Positions 26,575-40,938 of a DNA stretch of 64,000 bases are shown here, piece by piece. The translations under genes and the position numbers were made by a program. Below the pieces are notes generated by a model. That model did not search any database and was not told where the DNA came from. It was given only the letters and a program-made list of their open reading frames with translations. The stretch comes from Octopus sinensis (taxonomy: Eukaryota), in assembly GCF_006345805.1 (NCBI RefSeq), contig NC_043000.1, positions 248,001 through 312,000 of the forward strand, in the 5' to 3' direction. Each line of letters begins with the position of its first letter. Position 1 is the first letter of the stretch.

Positions 26575-26815
26575 CAAGTGCGTGGTTTAGTGGTTAGGCT
26601 GTCAGCATCATGATCGTAAGATTGTGGTTTCGATTCCTGGACCGGGCGACGCGTTGTGTTCTTGAGCAAAACACTTCATTTCACGTTGCTCCAGTCCACT
26701 CAGCTAGCAAAATTGAGTAACGCTGCGATGGACTGGCGTCCCGACCAGCTGGGGAACACACACGCCATAGAAACCGGGCCCATGAGCCTGGTTAGTCTTT
26801 AAAAAGGGTGCATTT
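26575..26815 (+). mobile_element. SINE family C
   Basis: tRNA-like head and TGTGTTCTTGAGCAAAACACTT core. Confidence 0.8.
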
Positions 26816-27859
26816 ATTATTTTACACTAAATGAATACTTACACGCTTTCTGACAATCAGCAACGTTTACTTTGACACGAATTGAACCCACGGACCTTGT
26901 TGAACACTTGGATTGTAGTACTGTCCGGTGGAAACTATTCATAAATAGTTTATGTAAAACCACGTCTAATCTAATTCGTGGCTACGTATGAGTCAATTTT
27001 TATCTACTGGTTGATATAATGCAACCCATATTAGAATATTTTGATGGCCATTTAAGGAATATTCTGCTGCACCCTGCATAGTTTGTATGTTTGTATTGTC
27101 AAGCATCATCGCCCTCTCAAATCTCCCTCTTGCTTCTTTCTCTACCACCCGCGCTACTATCACCCACACAAACAAAATAATATCATCTAACATCTTATAA
27201 CAAACACTACCAGAGCATGTGTGTATGTATGTGTTCTTGTTTATACAAAAGAAAAGAAAAAAAATAGATAATATGTGGAGAATAATTATTCTCAGAAAGC
27301 CAAATTCTGGGATATAGAGTGACACTAACGAAAGCTACCCCAAATTTCAAGCCGTAAACATATACTAAAAAATGAACCCAGTTATAAACACATAAATGTA
27401 TAATAATGTGCACACACACAACACACACACACACATCTACACACACGCGCGTTATGTAAATAGTATCAAAATCCAAGCTGTGTCCTCTTGAAGCACATCT
27501 GCTTATTCCGTGCTTAAGAGTAGCGTGTAAATGGTATATTTCTTTGACGTTTTGAATAAGAGTTTAAAATTTCTGGGAAAATATATTTTGCAGAATAATT
27601 ACAAATTAAAACAGGAAATTGGGAAAGATTTTTGGAATTATTTATTCACCATTACACATGTTCCATTTGCTAATAGAAGTTACAAAATTGTACATATCGA
27701 AGAAATGTTTAAGGAAATTGCGTATTAGAAATTCTTCTGGCAAAGAAAGAGCTTGAAGATTGCTTGGGGACACAAGGCGTGTTATAAAAACTTGCGTAAA
27801 TCCGCTCCAAAGCAAGAACTATTAGCAGCTCGTAAATTTATGCTGTTTATCTAAATGAT

Positions 27860-27912
<53 letters not shown>

Positions 27913-28443
27913 TATTAGGCTTAGAAGGAGTGGCTATGTGGTAAGTAACTTGCTTAAGAACCACTGGTTTCGGGTTCAGTCCCACTGCGTGGTACCTTGG
28001 GCAAGTGTCTTCTACTATAGCCTCGGGCTGACCAAAGCCTCGTGAGTGGATTTGGTGGACGGAAACTGAAAGACGCCGTCAGAAAGGAAAGATCCAAGGA
28101 AGGGAAGACGGAACAAAAAAATACAACGATACACACGCGGTCAACAACAGGTATCTTTCGACTAAGTACGAATTAAATTAAGCTGGCGTGTATGGAAGTA
28201 AAGCCTTACGGAATGGACATAAAATTTAACAGGCTCAGGGAGGATTATAGATGTTGCACGGATGGTAGTCGAAACAAGAAAGCAAAGTCACCGGTCACGT
28301 GGGAACTGTTCAATTTGAAGACTCCACTAGAATGGACGAAAGCGCCAGTACATGATATATGATGTATGATGTATAAAAACATGTAACATACTAATAAATA
28401 TCTGTAAATATAAAACCATCCGGATTTCTGAGTACCTCATTTC

Positions 28444-28487
<44 letters not shown>

Positions 28488-28544
28488 ATATATATGTATT
28501 ATATATATATAATACATAAAGGGGGAAGTAGAGCAGATGCCAAA

Positions 28545-29995
28545 AACTCTAGGCTATCTCTCTGACTTCACACATCAGCAAAAGTCATGGAACGGATAGT
28601 CAGAAAGAAACTATCGCATTCCTTGAGGAAAATAACTTGCTGAGTAATACCCAGCATGGTTTTCGACCAGGTAGGAGCTCCCTGACCCGGCTCTTACAGC
28701 ATTATGACTGGGTTTGAGGCAGTTACTCAACAAATCAAATGTGGACGTAATCTACCTTGATTTTGCAAAGCTTTTGACAAGGTGATCATGGTATGATATG
28801 CCACAAACTACGTGACCTCGGCATAGCTGGAAAACTTGGAGTGTGGTTGCATGACTTCCTGAAGATAGGAGTCAGGCAGTAGTGGTTAACGGAGCCACCT
28901 CTATGAACACACAAATAGTGAGCGGTGTTCCACAGGCACTGTCTTGGGACCACTGCTTTTATAGTGGCCCTCTCAGATATGCCCTCAAATGCCCGGATAG
29001 CCACTCTGGCCAGCTATGCAGACGATACGAAAGTCTCACAGAAAACAGAACCCCAGCGATGTTGCACACCTGCAGCAGGAGTTGGACTCAATCTCAGATG
29101 GGCCTAGGATAATAATATGCAGTTTAATGCTGAAAAATTCCAGGCCCTGCGCTACCAGCATCCAAAACTGAATATTAAACTTACAGGATACACCAGTCCA
29201 CAGGGAATTTCATCCCAGAGCCTAAGTCTGTGAGGACCTGGGTATCGACATGAGTGATGATACCTCTTTCCAAGTGCACATTACCAGGATGGCGACAAAG
29301 TGCAGACGACTGGCTGGGTGGATCCTAAGAACATTCAGAACCAGAGACAAGGAAACATGATGGTCCTCTGGCGGACATTTGTCCTCAGTCGCCTGGATTA
29401 CTGCTCACAGCTATGGTCACCCACCAGTGTAAAATTAACAGCGGACCTTGAAGCAATCCAGAGAAGCTTCACAAAGAAGATCGTCTCTTTGCAACAGCTC
29501 AGCTACTGGGAAAGGTTGAAACAGCTAAGACTTTACTCCCTGGAGAGAAGACGGGAGATGTATGCAGTAATATATGTCTGGAAGATCCTGGAAGGAATTG
29601 TGCTAAATTTTGGCATTGTAAGCTACACCAATGCTAGAACGGGACGACACTGCATAGTGCCAAAGATCCCAGCAATGCCATCATGCTTCAGGACCAGCTT
29701 CTGCAACAGCCTGGGTTTCAAGGGCCCACAACTTTTTAATATACTCCCAAAGAGTCTGAGGAACTTGCACAAAGTAGATGTAGCGGTTTTTAAATCAAAG
29801 CTGGACACCTTCCTGTCAAGAGTCCCAGATGAACCTACCTCACGGCAAGAGGTGCAAATGAGAGTAGCTGTATCAAACTACATTCTTCACCAAGTGCCAC
29901 ATATTAGATGAGGTTCGTCGTAATAACAGTGCAGCACAAAACGGCGGTGCATCAGCATGGCTGGAGCTCTGAGCTGAAACTAGAAACAAAAAAAA
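28545..29995 (+). pseudogene. 5'-truncated CR1/L2-group LINE (reverse transcriptase, C-terminus and 3' UTR)
   Basis: ISLTSHISKVMERIV, QHGFRPGRS, VDVIYLDFAK, SGVPQ, YADDTKV, SRLDYCSQLWSP and LYSLERRR, with frameshifts and an A-rich end. Confidence 0.93.
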
Positions 29996-30704
29996 TATAT
30001 ATATATATATATAGGGGTTCTTTCAGTTTCCGTCTGCTAAATCAACTCACAAGGCTTTGGTTGCCCCGAGGCTATAGTAGGAAGCACTTGTCCAAGTTCC
30101 ACGCAGTGGGTCTGAACTCGAAACCACATAGCAGCAAAGCGACCTTCCTAATCACAAAGCCATGTCTAGCCTAATAATTATATCTGTTATATCCTATCAG
30201 TTTTATGAGTCTCTCTCTCTCTTTATTTTACTTCTAAGATCTTCTTTGCTGCAAAGAGCTATCATCTGTGGCAGAAGTCATTTTAGATTGCTAAGTACGA
30301 TAAGTGCGACTGAGGCACGCTCTAGCATCCCTGGGGAGCCAGCTCGATTGGTCTTCTACAGAAAAACGAGTGCACACTGAAGTGAAACTGAAGTGTTACA
30401 CCTGCCTAAAAGTGGCCAATAATAAGACACAAATTAATTGAAGGAATCTTCTTTGGAACCATCCACGACACCCTTTTACCTCACACCAAGCTCCTCACCC
30501 CTCTCTCTCTCTCTTCCTCCCTCCCTCTCTCACTGTGACACTTTCTGTCGTTGTTTGTTTGTTTGTTTGTTGTTTGTTTGTTTCTTTCTGTCTTGCTATC
30601 CATCTAGCTATCTATCTATCTATCTATGTGTATCTTCTCTCTTATTTCTCTTCCTCTTTCTTTCTCGCTTCTTACACACGTATATGGGTGTGTGTATATG
30701 TATA

Positions 30705-30746
<42 letters not shown>

Positions 30747-31671
30747 TATATATATATATTATATATATATATATATATATTATATAGTCATACGATATAG
30801 TGTATATTAACATATAAGGAATCCACTTATAGAGAATTCAGCACGCTAGAAAGAACAGCTAGGTTCTGTAAACCACAAAAATAACGGATAAAATTCGACA
30901 GGAATAAATTTGGAAATGATATATGTTTTAAATTACACTATATCGTATGACTAATATATAGTCTTCTTGATTAATTTTTTTTTGCACGTTAGATCACTGG
31001 AAATGTAAATTTTGATTGAATGTTTAATTTTAATTAAATTCCATTTCCCTTGGATATGATATATAGATATATATAATATAATATATATATATTATAGATA
31101 TAATATCATATATATATATATGTACGTATATAATATATATATATATAAATGTACGTATATATATAATATATATGTAAGTATATATATATATATATAAATG
31201 TACGTATATATATATATATATATAGATATATTAATATATAATATATATATATATCATATATACTTATATATATAATATAGTTATATATATGTATATTGTA
31301 TATATATATATATATATATATACATATATATATGTGTATGTATGTATTTAGCAATTAAGGACAACTTCTTAATAAGGAAAACTTATATGTATGTATATAT
31401 ATATATATACTTGTGTATATATATTATATATATATATAACGTACCTATACATATACATACATACACACGTGTGTGTGTGTATTCACGCATGAGAGCACAC
31501 AAACTATTGGGTACACGTGTAGACACGCACACATACGCACACGTATCAATTTTGCTAATTACCAACGCATCTCAGCATCTCGAATATCATAATCTTGTCA
31601 ATACGCAGGACGGCTGCCACGGGAAAAAAAGGCAATAAAACCGACGACAAGGACGAGGACAATCCCGTCGA

Positions 31672-31822
31672 CGATGATGATGATGATGGTGATGATGATG
31701 AAGAATTTGATGATGACAATGATGATGATGATGATGATGATATTGATGATGATGATGATGATGTTGATGATGATATTGATGATGATGATGACAATGATGA
31801 TGATGATGATGATGATATTGAC

Positions 31823-31873
<51 letters not shown>

Positions 31874-31893
31874 ATTGATGATGATGATGATAT

Positions 31894-31924
<31 letters not shown>

Positions 31925-31976
31925 TTTGATGATGACAATGAAGATGATAATAGTGATAATGATGATGATGATGATA
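31672..31976. repeat. (GAT)n array
   Basis: Direct reading. Confidence 0.96.
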
Positions 31977-32673
31977 GTTGTGTTGTTTATTATTTGTAGT
32001 ATTATTACGATGCTGCTGATGCTTACGATGGTGATGAGGTTGAGGAGGAGGCAGAAGAAGAGCAACGTTGTACCACAATAAATCTCCTGGACTTACACCA
32101 CCCATGGACTACGCACCAGCCTTGATGTCGTAGATGGTCATACTGAAAGATAATTGTGATCCTATGATAACAACGACGACAACGAAGATGATGATGATGA
32201 TGATGATGATGACAGTGGTGGTGGTGGTAATGATGGTCGTGATGGTGGTGGTAGTGGTGGGTGGTGGCGATGTTGGTGATGTCGATGACGACGATGATAG
32301 CAATAATTATTTGAGAAGAAATTGAAGTCGAAAAACAAAGAGGAAAACCCGTAAGAGAACATTATTCCAGCCTCCACCACCCGTAGATCTTCCACGCTTT
32401 TATCTATCTTTATCAGATATATTTATTTAAGTTATAGTTGTGTGTATGTGTGTGTGTGTTTGTCCACGTGCGTGCATATATGTATGCATGTATATCTGTA
32501 TGAATGTATATATGTATCTATGTGAGTGTATGTATCTATGTATATATGTGTGTATGCCTGTGCGTATGTATGTATATATGTCTGTATATGTCTGTGTATG
32601 TATGTATATATGTCTGTATATGCTGTCTGTCTGTCTGTCTGTCTATCTGGCTGTATGTATATATATATTCATA

Positions 32674-32719
<46 letters not shown>

Positions 32720-32987
32720 TATGTATGTATTATGTATGTATGTATATATGTATGTATGTTGAATGTTGTATTATGATGTATGTATTGTTGTATGTATGTA
32801 TGTATGTATGTATGTATGTATGTATGTTATGTATGTGTACATTATTTTAAATGTTTTACAGCCAAGAAGCCATCTTTGTGCCGACATTTTAATATCAAAA
32901 CCGTTCTTCTTCTTTTCTTTGTGTCTCCGTCATACTTTCGTCCTATGGATACATACCCCCTCCCCTCTCTCTCTTCTCTCTCTCCTC

Positions 32988-33033
<46 letters not shown>

Positions 33034-33263
33034 TGTTTATGTATGCATGCATGTTTGTATGTATTTTTTTATCTGTTTCAGTCGTTTGACTGCGGCAATG
33101 CTGGAGCATCGCCTTTAGTCGAACATTTCGAACCAAGGACTTATTCTTTGTAAGTCTGGCACATATTCTATCGGTCTCATATTCCCTAAACGCTAAGTTT
33201 CGGGGACGTAAACACACCAACATCGGTTGTCAAGCGATGGTGGTGGGGAGAAACACAGACATA

Positions 33264-33327
<64 letters not shown>

Positions 33328-33333
33328 GTATGT

Positions 33334-33440
33334 AGAAGTTGTTTTATCAAAAACATTTCAGTACCGGTGACTGATACTGGTACTGAAATGTTTTTTTATA
33401 AAATTATTTTAACATTTTCTACTTTGACTTTTTTTTCCAT
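33334..33440. repeat. Palindromic remnant of two PLE termini
   Basis: 33376-33440 matches 1923-1985, and 33334-33368 is its inverse. Confidence 0.75.
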
Positions 33441-33740
33441 ATATATACATATGCGAAATGCTTAGCGGTATTGCTGGCCTTGTACCAAAATTTGAAACCA
33501 TTATTAAGGTGACGACCTGGCAGAATCGTTAGCACGCCAGACGAAATGCTTAGCGGCATTTCTTCTGTCTTTATGTTCTGAGTTCAACTTTATCTTTCGG
33601 AGCCAACTTTACATTTCATCTCTTCAGGGCACGATAAAATAAGTACCAGTAGAGTACTGTTATCGATGTAATCGACTAACCCCCTTCCCCAAATTTCAGG
33701 GTTTGTGCCTCTAATATAAAGGATTGTAATTATAATTATT

Positions 33741-33802
<62 letters not shown>

Positions 33803-33803
33803 T

Positions 33804-33839
<36 letters not shown>

Positions 33840-33885
33840 ACTGTTGTTGCTATTATTATTGTTGCCAATAATTTGGTCATTCTTA

Positions 33886-34316
33886 GGCGGCGAGCTGGCA
33901 GAAACGTTAGCACGCCGGGCGAAATGTGTAGCCGTATTTCGTCTGTCGTTACGCTGTGAGTTCAAATTCCGCCGAGGTCAACTTTGCCTTTCATCCTTTC
34001 GGGGTTTATTAAATAAGTACCAGTTACGCACTGGGGTCGATATAATCGACCTAATCCGTTTGTCTGTCCTTGTTTGTCCTCTCTGTCTTTAGCCCCTTGT
34101 GGGCAATAAAGAAATAAGAAACGTTAGCACGCCGGGCGAAATGCTTAGCAGTATGTCGTCTGCCGTTACGTTCTGCGTTCAAATTCCGCCGAAGCCGACT
34201 ATGCCTTTCATCCTTTCATGATCGATAAATTAAAAACCAATTGCGTACTGGGTTCGATCTAATCGACTGGACCCTTCCCCAAAATTTTGGGCCGCGTACC
34301 TAAAGTAGAAAAGAAT
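33886..34316 (+). mobile_element. Tandem SINE family N (Nin-domain-like)
   Basis: GCCTTTCATCCTTTCGGGGTCGATAAA-type core, two units. Related clusters at 35470-35970 and 36792-37132. Confidence 0.8.
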
Positions 34317-34924
34317 AAATGTTAGCAGTTTTCAGAGATAAGATTAGATTTACTCTTTAAACAAGTAAATAGATTTTCTAAAATTCAATATTCATTTCTT
34401 GAAATTATCTCCCCTTTCCTTGAAACTTGCTAACAATCACCACTAGAATGTCCAGGATTCCACACGATTCAGATATTATCGTCAGTGAAAGACGTTTAAA
34501 GCTGAATTACTTGAATAACTTATGATCTGACACTTCAGTTTTGGTTTATTTTATACGAATTTATACTAACTATGGAGATGAATAACAGGAAACTTGGACT
34601 ATAATATACAAGCTTACGTTGCAGTTTTCGCTTTCGACATGACAGGATGGGATACACATGACGTTCTAAATTCTCGTTGAATACGATGTCGCTTAAACCA
34701 CACTATGCAATTACATATGCATAAAAACGTAATATAAGAACACATACTATATATCATTGTATAGTACATTTTACTCGTTTCAATTTTTGACACAAGGCCG
34801 TTAAGTTCGGGTGATAGAAGGGTATGTCGATTATATCCACCCTGTATTCAGCTGGGACATATTTTGTCGATCCTGAAAGGATGAAAGACAAAGTCGGCCT
34901 TGATTGAATTTCAACTCAGCATTT

Positions 34925-35110
34925 TTTCTTTTACTTTTTTCTGTCATTTGACTGTGGCCATGCTGGAACACCGCCTTAAAGGGTGTCATTCGAAGAAATC
35001 GACCCCAGGACTCATTCTTTGTAAGCCTAGTAATTATTCCATCGGCCTTTAGCTGAGCAACTAAGTTAGGCGGACATAAACGCACCAGAATCCGTTGGCA
35101 AGCAGACACG

Positions 35111-35157
<47 letters not shown>

Positions 35158-35232
35158 TGAGAAAAGAGCTGTTGAACTGTTAAGTGAAATTTGGATATCG
35201 AGGATCGAATCCACGCTATGCCTACATGAAGC

Positions 35233-35273
<41 letters not shown>

Positions 35274-35425
35274 ACGGGCTTTATCCAGTTTCCGTCTACA
35301 AAATCCTCTCAGTAGGCTTTGGTTAGCCCAAGGCTATAGTAGAAGACACTTACCCAAGATGCCACGCAGGGAGACTGAACCCGAAACCATATGGTTGGGA
35401 AGCAATCTTCTTACCACACAGCCAT
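34925..35425 (-). mobile_element. SINE-A with an ~85-bp insert in its (TA)n
   Basis: SINE halves flank the unrelated segment 35156-35236. Confidence 0.75.
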
Positions 35426-37177
35426 AATATTATACTATATTACATTACATTATATATTATATATTCTCATCTATTCGGGGTCGATAAAATAAGTACCAGC
35501 TGAATACTGGAGTCGATGTAATCGATTCACTCCCTCTCCTGATATTGCTGGCCTTGTACCAGAATTTGAAACCATTAAGGCAATGACCTGGCAGAATCGT
35601 TAGCACGCTTAGCGTTATTTCCCCTGTCGCTACGTTCAGAGTTCAAATTTCGCCGAGATCGACTTTGCCTTTCATCCTTTCGGGGTCGATTAAATAAGTA
35701 CCAGTTACGCACTGGAGTCGATATAATCTACTTAATCTGCTTGTCTGTCCTTGTTTGTCCTCTCTGTGTTTAGCCCCTTGTGGGTAGTAAAGAAATAGAA
35801 ATAGGTATTTCGTCTGTCTTTACGTTCTGAGTTCAAATTCCGTCGAGGCCGACTTTGCCTTTCATCCTTTCGGAATCGATAAATCTAGTACCAGTTGCGC
35901 ACTGGGGTCGATTTAATCGACTGGCCCACTCCTCGAAAAATTTCGGGCCTTCTGCTAGAGTTAGAAAAAGAATAATTTTGTCATTCTCATTGTTGCTAGT
36001 ATTATTATTGTTGTTGTTGTTGTTGTTGTTGTTGTAGTTGCTGTTGTTGCCTTCGTCATTGTTGTTGCTGTTATTGTCGGAACCACCTACGGCTTATGTC
36101 AGCTGGCCTCATGTCGATGTTTATCAACAAGCATCCATCTTCCATCTTGATAACATTGGCAAACAACACTTGCCATGGACGAGATATGTAGTAATATACA
36201 TACCCCCTTTTACAGTTACTGACATCAATTCCCACCCCATCACCCACCCCCACTCTAAAAAAAAGAAACCCCGGCACCCATTGCTTGTCATCAACACATC
36301 TAACCTATTCCGAACCCACTCCTACGTTTCATCTTTCATCAATACAACTGTTGCTCACGGTCTTCGCCATTTTTGTCTGTCTTCATTCTCCTCTTCTACA
36401 AGCTGCTATTTTTAGCCTTCTCTTCCCCCTCTACCTCCTCCTCCTCCTCCTCCTCCTCATTCTTCTCATCCTCCACAACAGCAACAACAACAACAACAAC
36501 AACAGTAGTTACAAAAGGATTGCTGCTATCACCAACACCATCGCCACTACCATCATCGCCACCACCACCACCACCACCACCACCACCACTACCACCACTA
36601 GAAAAAGAAGAGGAGCTGAAGAAAAAAAGAAAATGAGAAGAAATGAAGGAGAGGGAAAGGAGGCAGAGGAGGAGAAGGCGGAGGAAGAGGAGAAAAATAT
36701 CAGCAACACATTATATAACACCCAAAATAAATACCAGTTCCATTTAATTAACTCCATGTTAAAGTGTAAAGAAAATACGACAGTTCAATAAGGCGGCGAG
36801 CTGGCAGAAACGTTAGCACGCCGGGCGAAATGCGTAGCCGTATTTCGTTTGCCGTTACGTTGTGAGTTCAAATTCCGCCGAGGTCGACTTTGCCTTTCAA
36901 CCTTTCGGGGTCTATTAAATAAGTACCAGTTACGCACTGGGGTCGATGTAATCGACTTAATCCGTTTGTCTGTCCTTGTTTGTCCTCTCTGTGTTTAGCC
37001 CCTTGTGGGTAGTAAAGAAATAGGTATTTCGTCTGCCGTTACATTCTGAGTTCAAATTCCGCCGAAGTCGACTTTGCCTTGTCCTTGTTATATCCCCTCT
37101 TTGTTTAGCCCCTTGTGGGCAATAAAGAAATAAAATACAATAGTTCAATACTTTTATTGTTTGTTACTTTCTAACCT

Positions 37178-37440
37178 GGTGGAGGCACATGGCCTAGTAG
37201 TTAGAGCAGCAGACTCGGGTTCGCGGGTTCGAATCTCAGACCAGGCTCCACGCGGGTCCAGCAGAAGGTAACAGCGAACTTCTACTGACTCTTTCGCCAC
37301 AACTTTCTCTCACTCTTTCCTCCTGCATCTTGCAGCTCACCTGCGACGGACCGGCGTCCCATCCAGGTGGGGAACCTATACGCCAAGGAAACTGGGAAAC
37401 CGGCCCTTATGAGCCAGGCATGACTTGAGAAGGATCAAAC
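37178..37440 (+). mobile_element. SINE family B
   Basis: Same subfamily as the 15660 copy, with an internal deletion. Confidence 0.8.
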
Positions 37441-37639
37441 CTTCAAACCTGCAATTTATGTTTTTGCTGTAAACATAAGTGAAAGAGTTCTTTCATTTTG
37501 TTTTGTCGGTCTCAAACTCAAAACATCAAACAGTGTTCCAGATGATCAAATTAATATGCGTGTGGTTATTGTGCGCACACGTATTTTTGTGTATATGTTG
37601 TTTAATAGCACCGATATTGAGGATTACATACATAGTTAA

Positions 37640-37970
37640 AAGACCCCCTTTGGTCGTGAATGATCATGGGATTGCACCAAGAAAGTTCCCCTCCGAGGCA
37701 CAAATCCGGGTAAAGATGTTTGTGGAAGGCTAGCAGTTGCCCATGCATACCAGTCTCCCCTCTCTCTATTCCACCAATGTTATCCAAGGGAAAGGCAATT
37801 GCCGATACAGTTTGGCACCAGTGGCGTCGCAACTCATTTCTACAACCGAGTGAACTGGAGCAACGTGAAATACAGTGCCTTGCTCAAGAACACATCACGC
37901 AGCCCGGTCCGGGAATCGAAATCACAACTTCACTATTGTAAGCCCGATGCTCTAACCACTGAACCATGCA
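37640..37970 (-). mobile_element. SINE family C
   Basis: Matches 38713-39046 (+) and 40939-41263 (-). Confidence 0.85.
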
Positions 37971-38489
37971 TCTTTACAGAATGTGCAATGGGTGAGCACT
38001 CCACGGATACGCGTGAGGAAATCCAGCGTAACACAGAATGTGATAAGGCTGGTCTTTTGAAATACAGGTGCTTCTAGAATCGATAAAATAATACGCTAGT
38101 CATATACCGTGAATGCTACTATTAACATTATATATATATATATATATATATAATACGTTCTGAGTTCGAATTCCACAGAAGTCGACTTTGTCTTTCATCC
38201 TTTTGAGGTCGATAAATTTAGTACCAGTTGAGTACTGGGGCCGATGTAATCGATTATCCCCCTCCCCAAAATTTCGGGCCCTGTGCCAATAATAGAAATG
38301 ATTATATACATATATATAAATGTGCATATATGCGTACGTACGTGTGTGTGTATGTGTAAGTATCTCTCTCCCTCTGTCTATATCGAAATGTACAGGTAGG
38401 TAATAACCTTGAACCCAAACCGCCTCTTATAGATTGTGTCATATGTCTCAAAATTTGTGTGACAAAATTTGGCCTTAAATGACATATGC

Positions 38490-38685
38490 TAGTTCACAAA
38501 AACATTCCTTCAGAATCAGATTCCAAAGAGCAAAGATGTGAAAGAAACTTAAATAACATCTGTCACTTGAGTCTTAAACCCTATCAGCCAGCAGCTGGTC
38601 TTAAAAGTCACCTGATGGCTAATCAATGGAACGATTATGCTGTGTGGTGTGGTGTGCGGATAATGTTGATGGGACGGCTATGATC
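38490..38685 (+). pseudogene. Probable RTE LINE 3' fragment
   Basis: ICHLSLKPYQPAAGLKSHL resembles the RTE terminal CxxC..GLxSH motif. Confidence 0.4.
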
Positions 38686-38712
38686 TGTCAAGATGAAGCA
38701 ATCAACATATTT

Positions 38713-39046
38713 GAAGGCGCATGGCTCAGTGCTTAGATCGTCGAGCTAACGATCGTAAGGTTGTGAGTTCGAATCCCAGACCGGGTTGCATGTTTTGTTC
38801 TTGAGCAAGACACTTTATTTCACGTTGCTCCAGTTCAATCAGCTGTAGAAATGAGTTGCGACATCACAGGTGCCAAGCTGTATCGGCCTTTGCCTTTCCC
38901 TTGGATAACACTGGTGGCGTGGAGAGAGGAGGCCGGTATGCATGGGTGACTGCTGGTCTTCCATAAACAACCTTGCCCGGACTTGTGCCTGGGAGGGTAA
39001 CATTTTAGGTGCAATACCATGGGCAGTCATGAACCGAAGGGGGTCT
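38713..39046 (+). mobile_element. SINE family C
   Basis: Full tRNA-like head, core and GAACCGAAGGGGGTCT tail. Confidence 0.85.
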
Positions 39047-39178
39047 CAGCATACATATGTCATTATTCAGCTTATTTCAAGATTTCTTGCCAATAGATAA
39101 TGAACCGGTTTCTAACCTAGATCCAAAGTTCTTTTATTGGAATTCCCACATTAGCAACAGGGTATTTTTGTTTATATG

Positions 39179-39212
<34 letters not shown>

Positions 39213-40209
39213 TGTATGTATGTATGTATGCATGTATGTGTGTATATCACTGGTTGTAGGGAATGGAGTAGCTAGTAGCTAAATCCGCAGTACATATGTT
39301 TCAAGGGAAAAATCAAACGAGAATTATTTAATCTTTAAGTATCATAAAGAGGTATTCAATCTCCCTTGTCGTCAGATAGTTTTACCTGTTGCTTACAAGT
39401 TCATTGCTAAAATTATATTCCTATAGTTAGCAACTTTTGTTGCTATATTTTGGAGTTGTATTGTGCCGGTCGTCTTACTGGAATTTCTATACAATTCGGT
39501 ATGGGACGAAGCGTTTGACATACGTTGATCAGCAAACTTTGTTGATCGAGTTTATCTGCTTTATGTTATCTATACAAGCCGTGTCTATAGTTCAGGCTAA
39601 GTGCTTATTCTACAATAATTCTGGACCTCACTACTTTATTATTTATATATACATAGAGAAAGAGGGTGAGAAAGAAAGAGAAAGAGAGAGAGTCAGAAGT
39701 GGATAAGAAAGAAGATTCAATGTATAAACATAAAAATATATTAGGAGATAATTTAATAACAGGTCGTTAGACTTCAAAAGTATCAAAATTGCAGTAACTT
39801 CAAGTGGGGATGACTTCTGTAAACGTAATCGGATGAAAAGATCTTTAAGATCAACATATTTAGCTTAAAGGCAGTCGAGTATAAATTTCAGCTCAACAGC
39901 TGTTTCATTAAGACAAACATCATTAAATGTATAACTACATAATTGTGATGCGCAAGTAAGTAAATTGAATTATTTTTAAAACTGCGTCTATCAAATTCAT
40001 CGATTGGTAAGTCCCGTCAGAAGAAAAGATTTAGAAGATTAATTAATTGGACGCAAATAGTGAGTAAGCCCGTCTGAAAAATTGAACCTGCACTTCAGAT
40101 AGCCGGTATTTTGGCATCATGTGTCTGTGATACGCTTAATCACTTACATAATAATTTAGCGACGACGTTTTCCTCATCATTGAAACCCACGGAGGATTCA
40201 TCATGGATG

Positions 40210-40275
<66 letters not shown>

Positions 40276-40311
40276 CTATCTATCTATCTATCTATCTGGT
40301 CTATCTATCTA

Positions 40312-40348
<37 letters not shown>

Positions 40349-40358
40349 ATTCTGTCTT

Positions 40359-40393
<35 letters not shown>

Positions 40394-40409
40394 CTCTCTC
40401 TCTATCTCT

Positions 40410-40454
<45 letters not shown>

Positions 40455-40938
40455 CTATCTGCCTGTCTATCTATCTATATGTTCATATATCTATGTATGT
40501 ATGTATGTATCTATATTCATGTGGATGTACATGTGTAGGATAATGCGTATCTGTTCAGTACGCACATAAACTGAGAGAGTGCTTGCATAGTTTTTTAATA
40601 ATATGCTATAAATGCATTAAAACAGATATAAGGTTACATCGTTGCAGTCACGGATACTTGAATGTGTCATTAAGAACAAATATTATGGAGGCTCCAAATG
40701 ATGTCTACAACGCTTCATCTTATTTCTATCGCTTTCAATTTTAACATCCCAGCAGTAAACACCAGCACATAGATATGAACACAAGATAAGGACTTATTAC
40801 TGGCTACAAATAATAGTGTGTAAAGATGTTGAGCGTCTTCATAGGTTTTTGTCGCCTCGTTGTTTTTATGACTGGCGGCATAACGAGTGATTATTATAGA
40901 ATAGAATAAAATGGATGCTGTGGTGCCTGGAGGTGTGA

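Noticed and set aside
31595-31999. Poly-Asp ORF resembling an acidic shell protein
   Set aside because: (GAT)n repeat; similar tracts occur throughout the window on both strands.
40055-40112. AAATA GTGAGTA..TCTGAA/TTCAGA..CCGG TATTT
   Set aside because: The GAAA segment is absent.
40160-40207. Minus-strand ATGATGA ATCCTC..GAGGA AAACGTC
   Set aside because: A3.G8 mismatch, G12 missing and no helix I.
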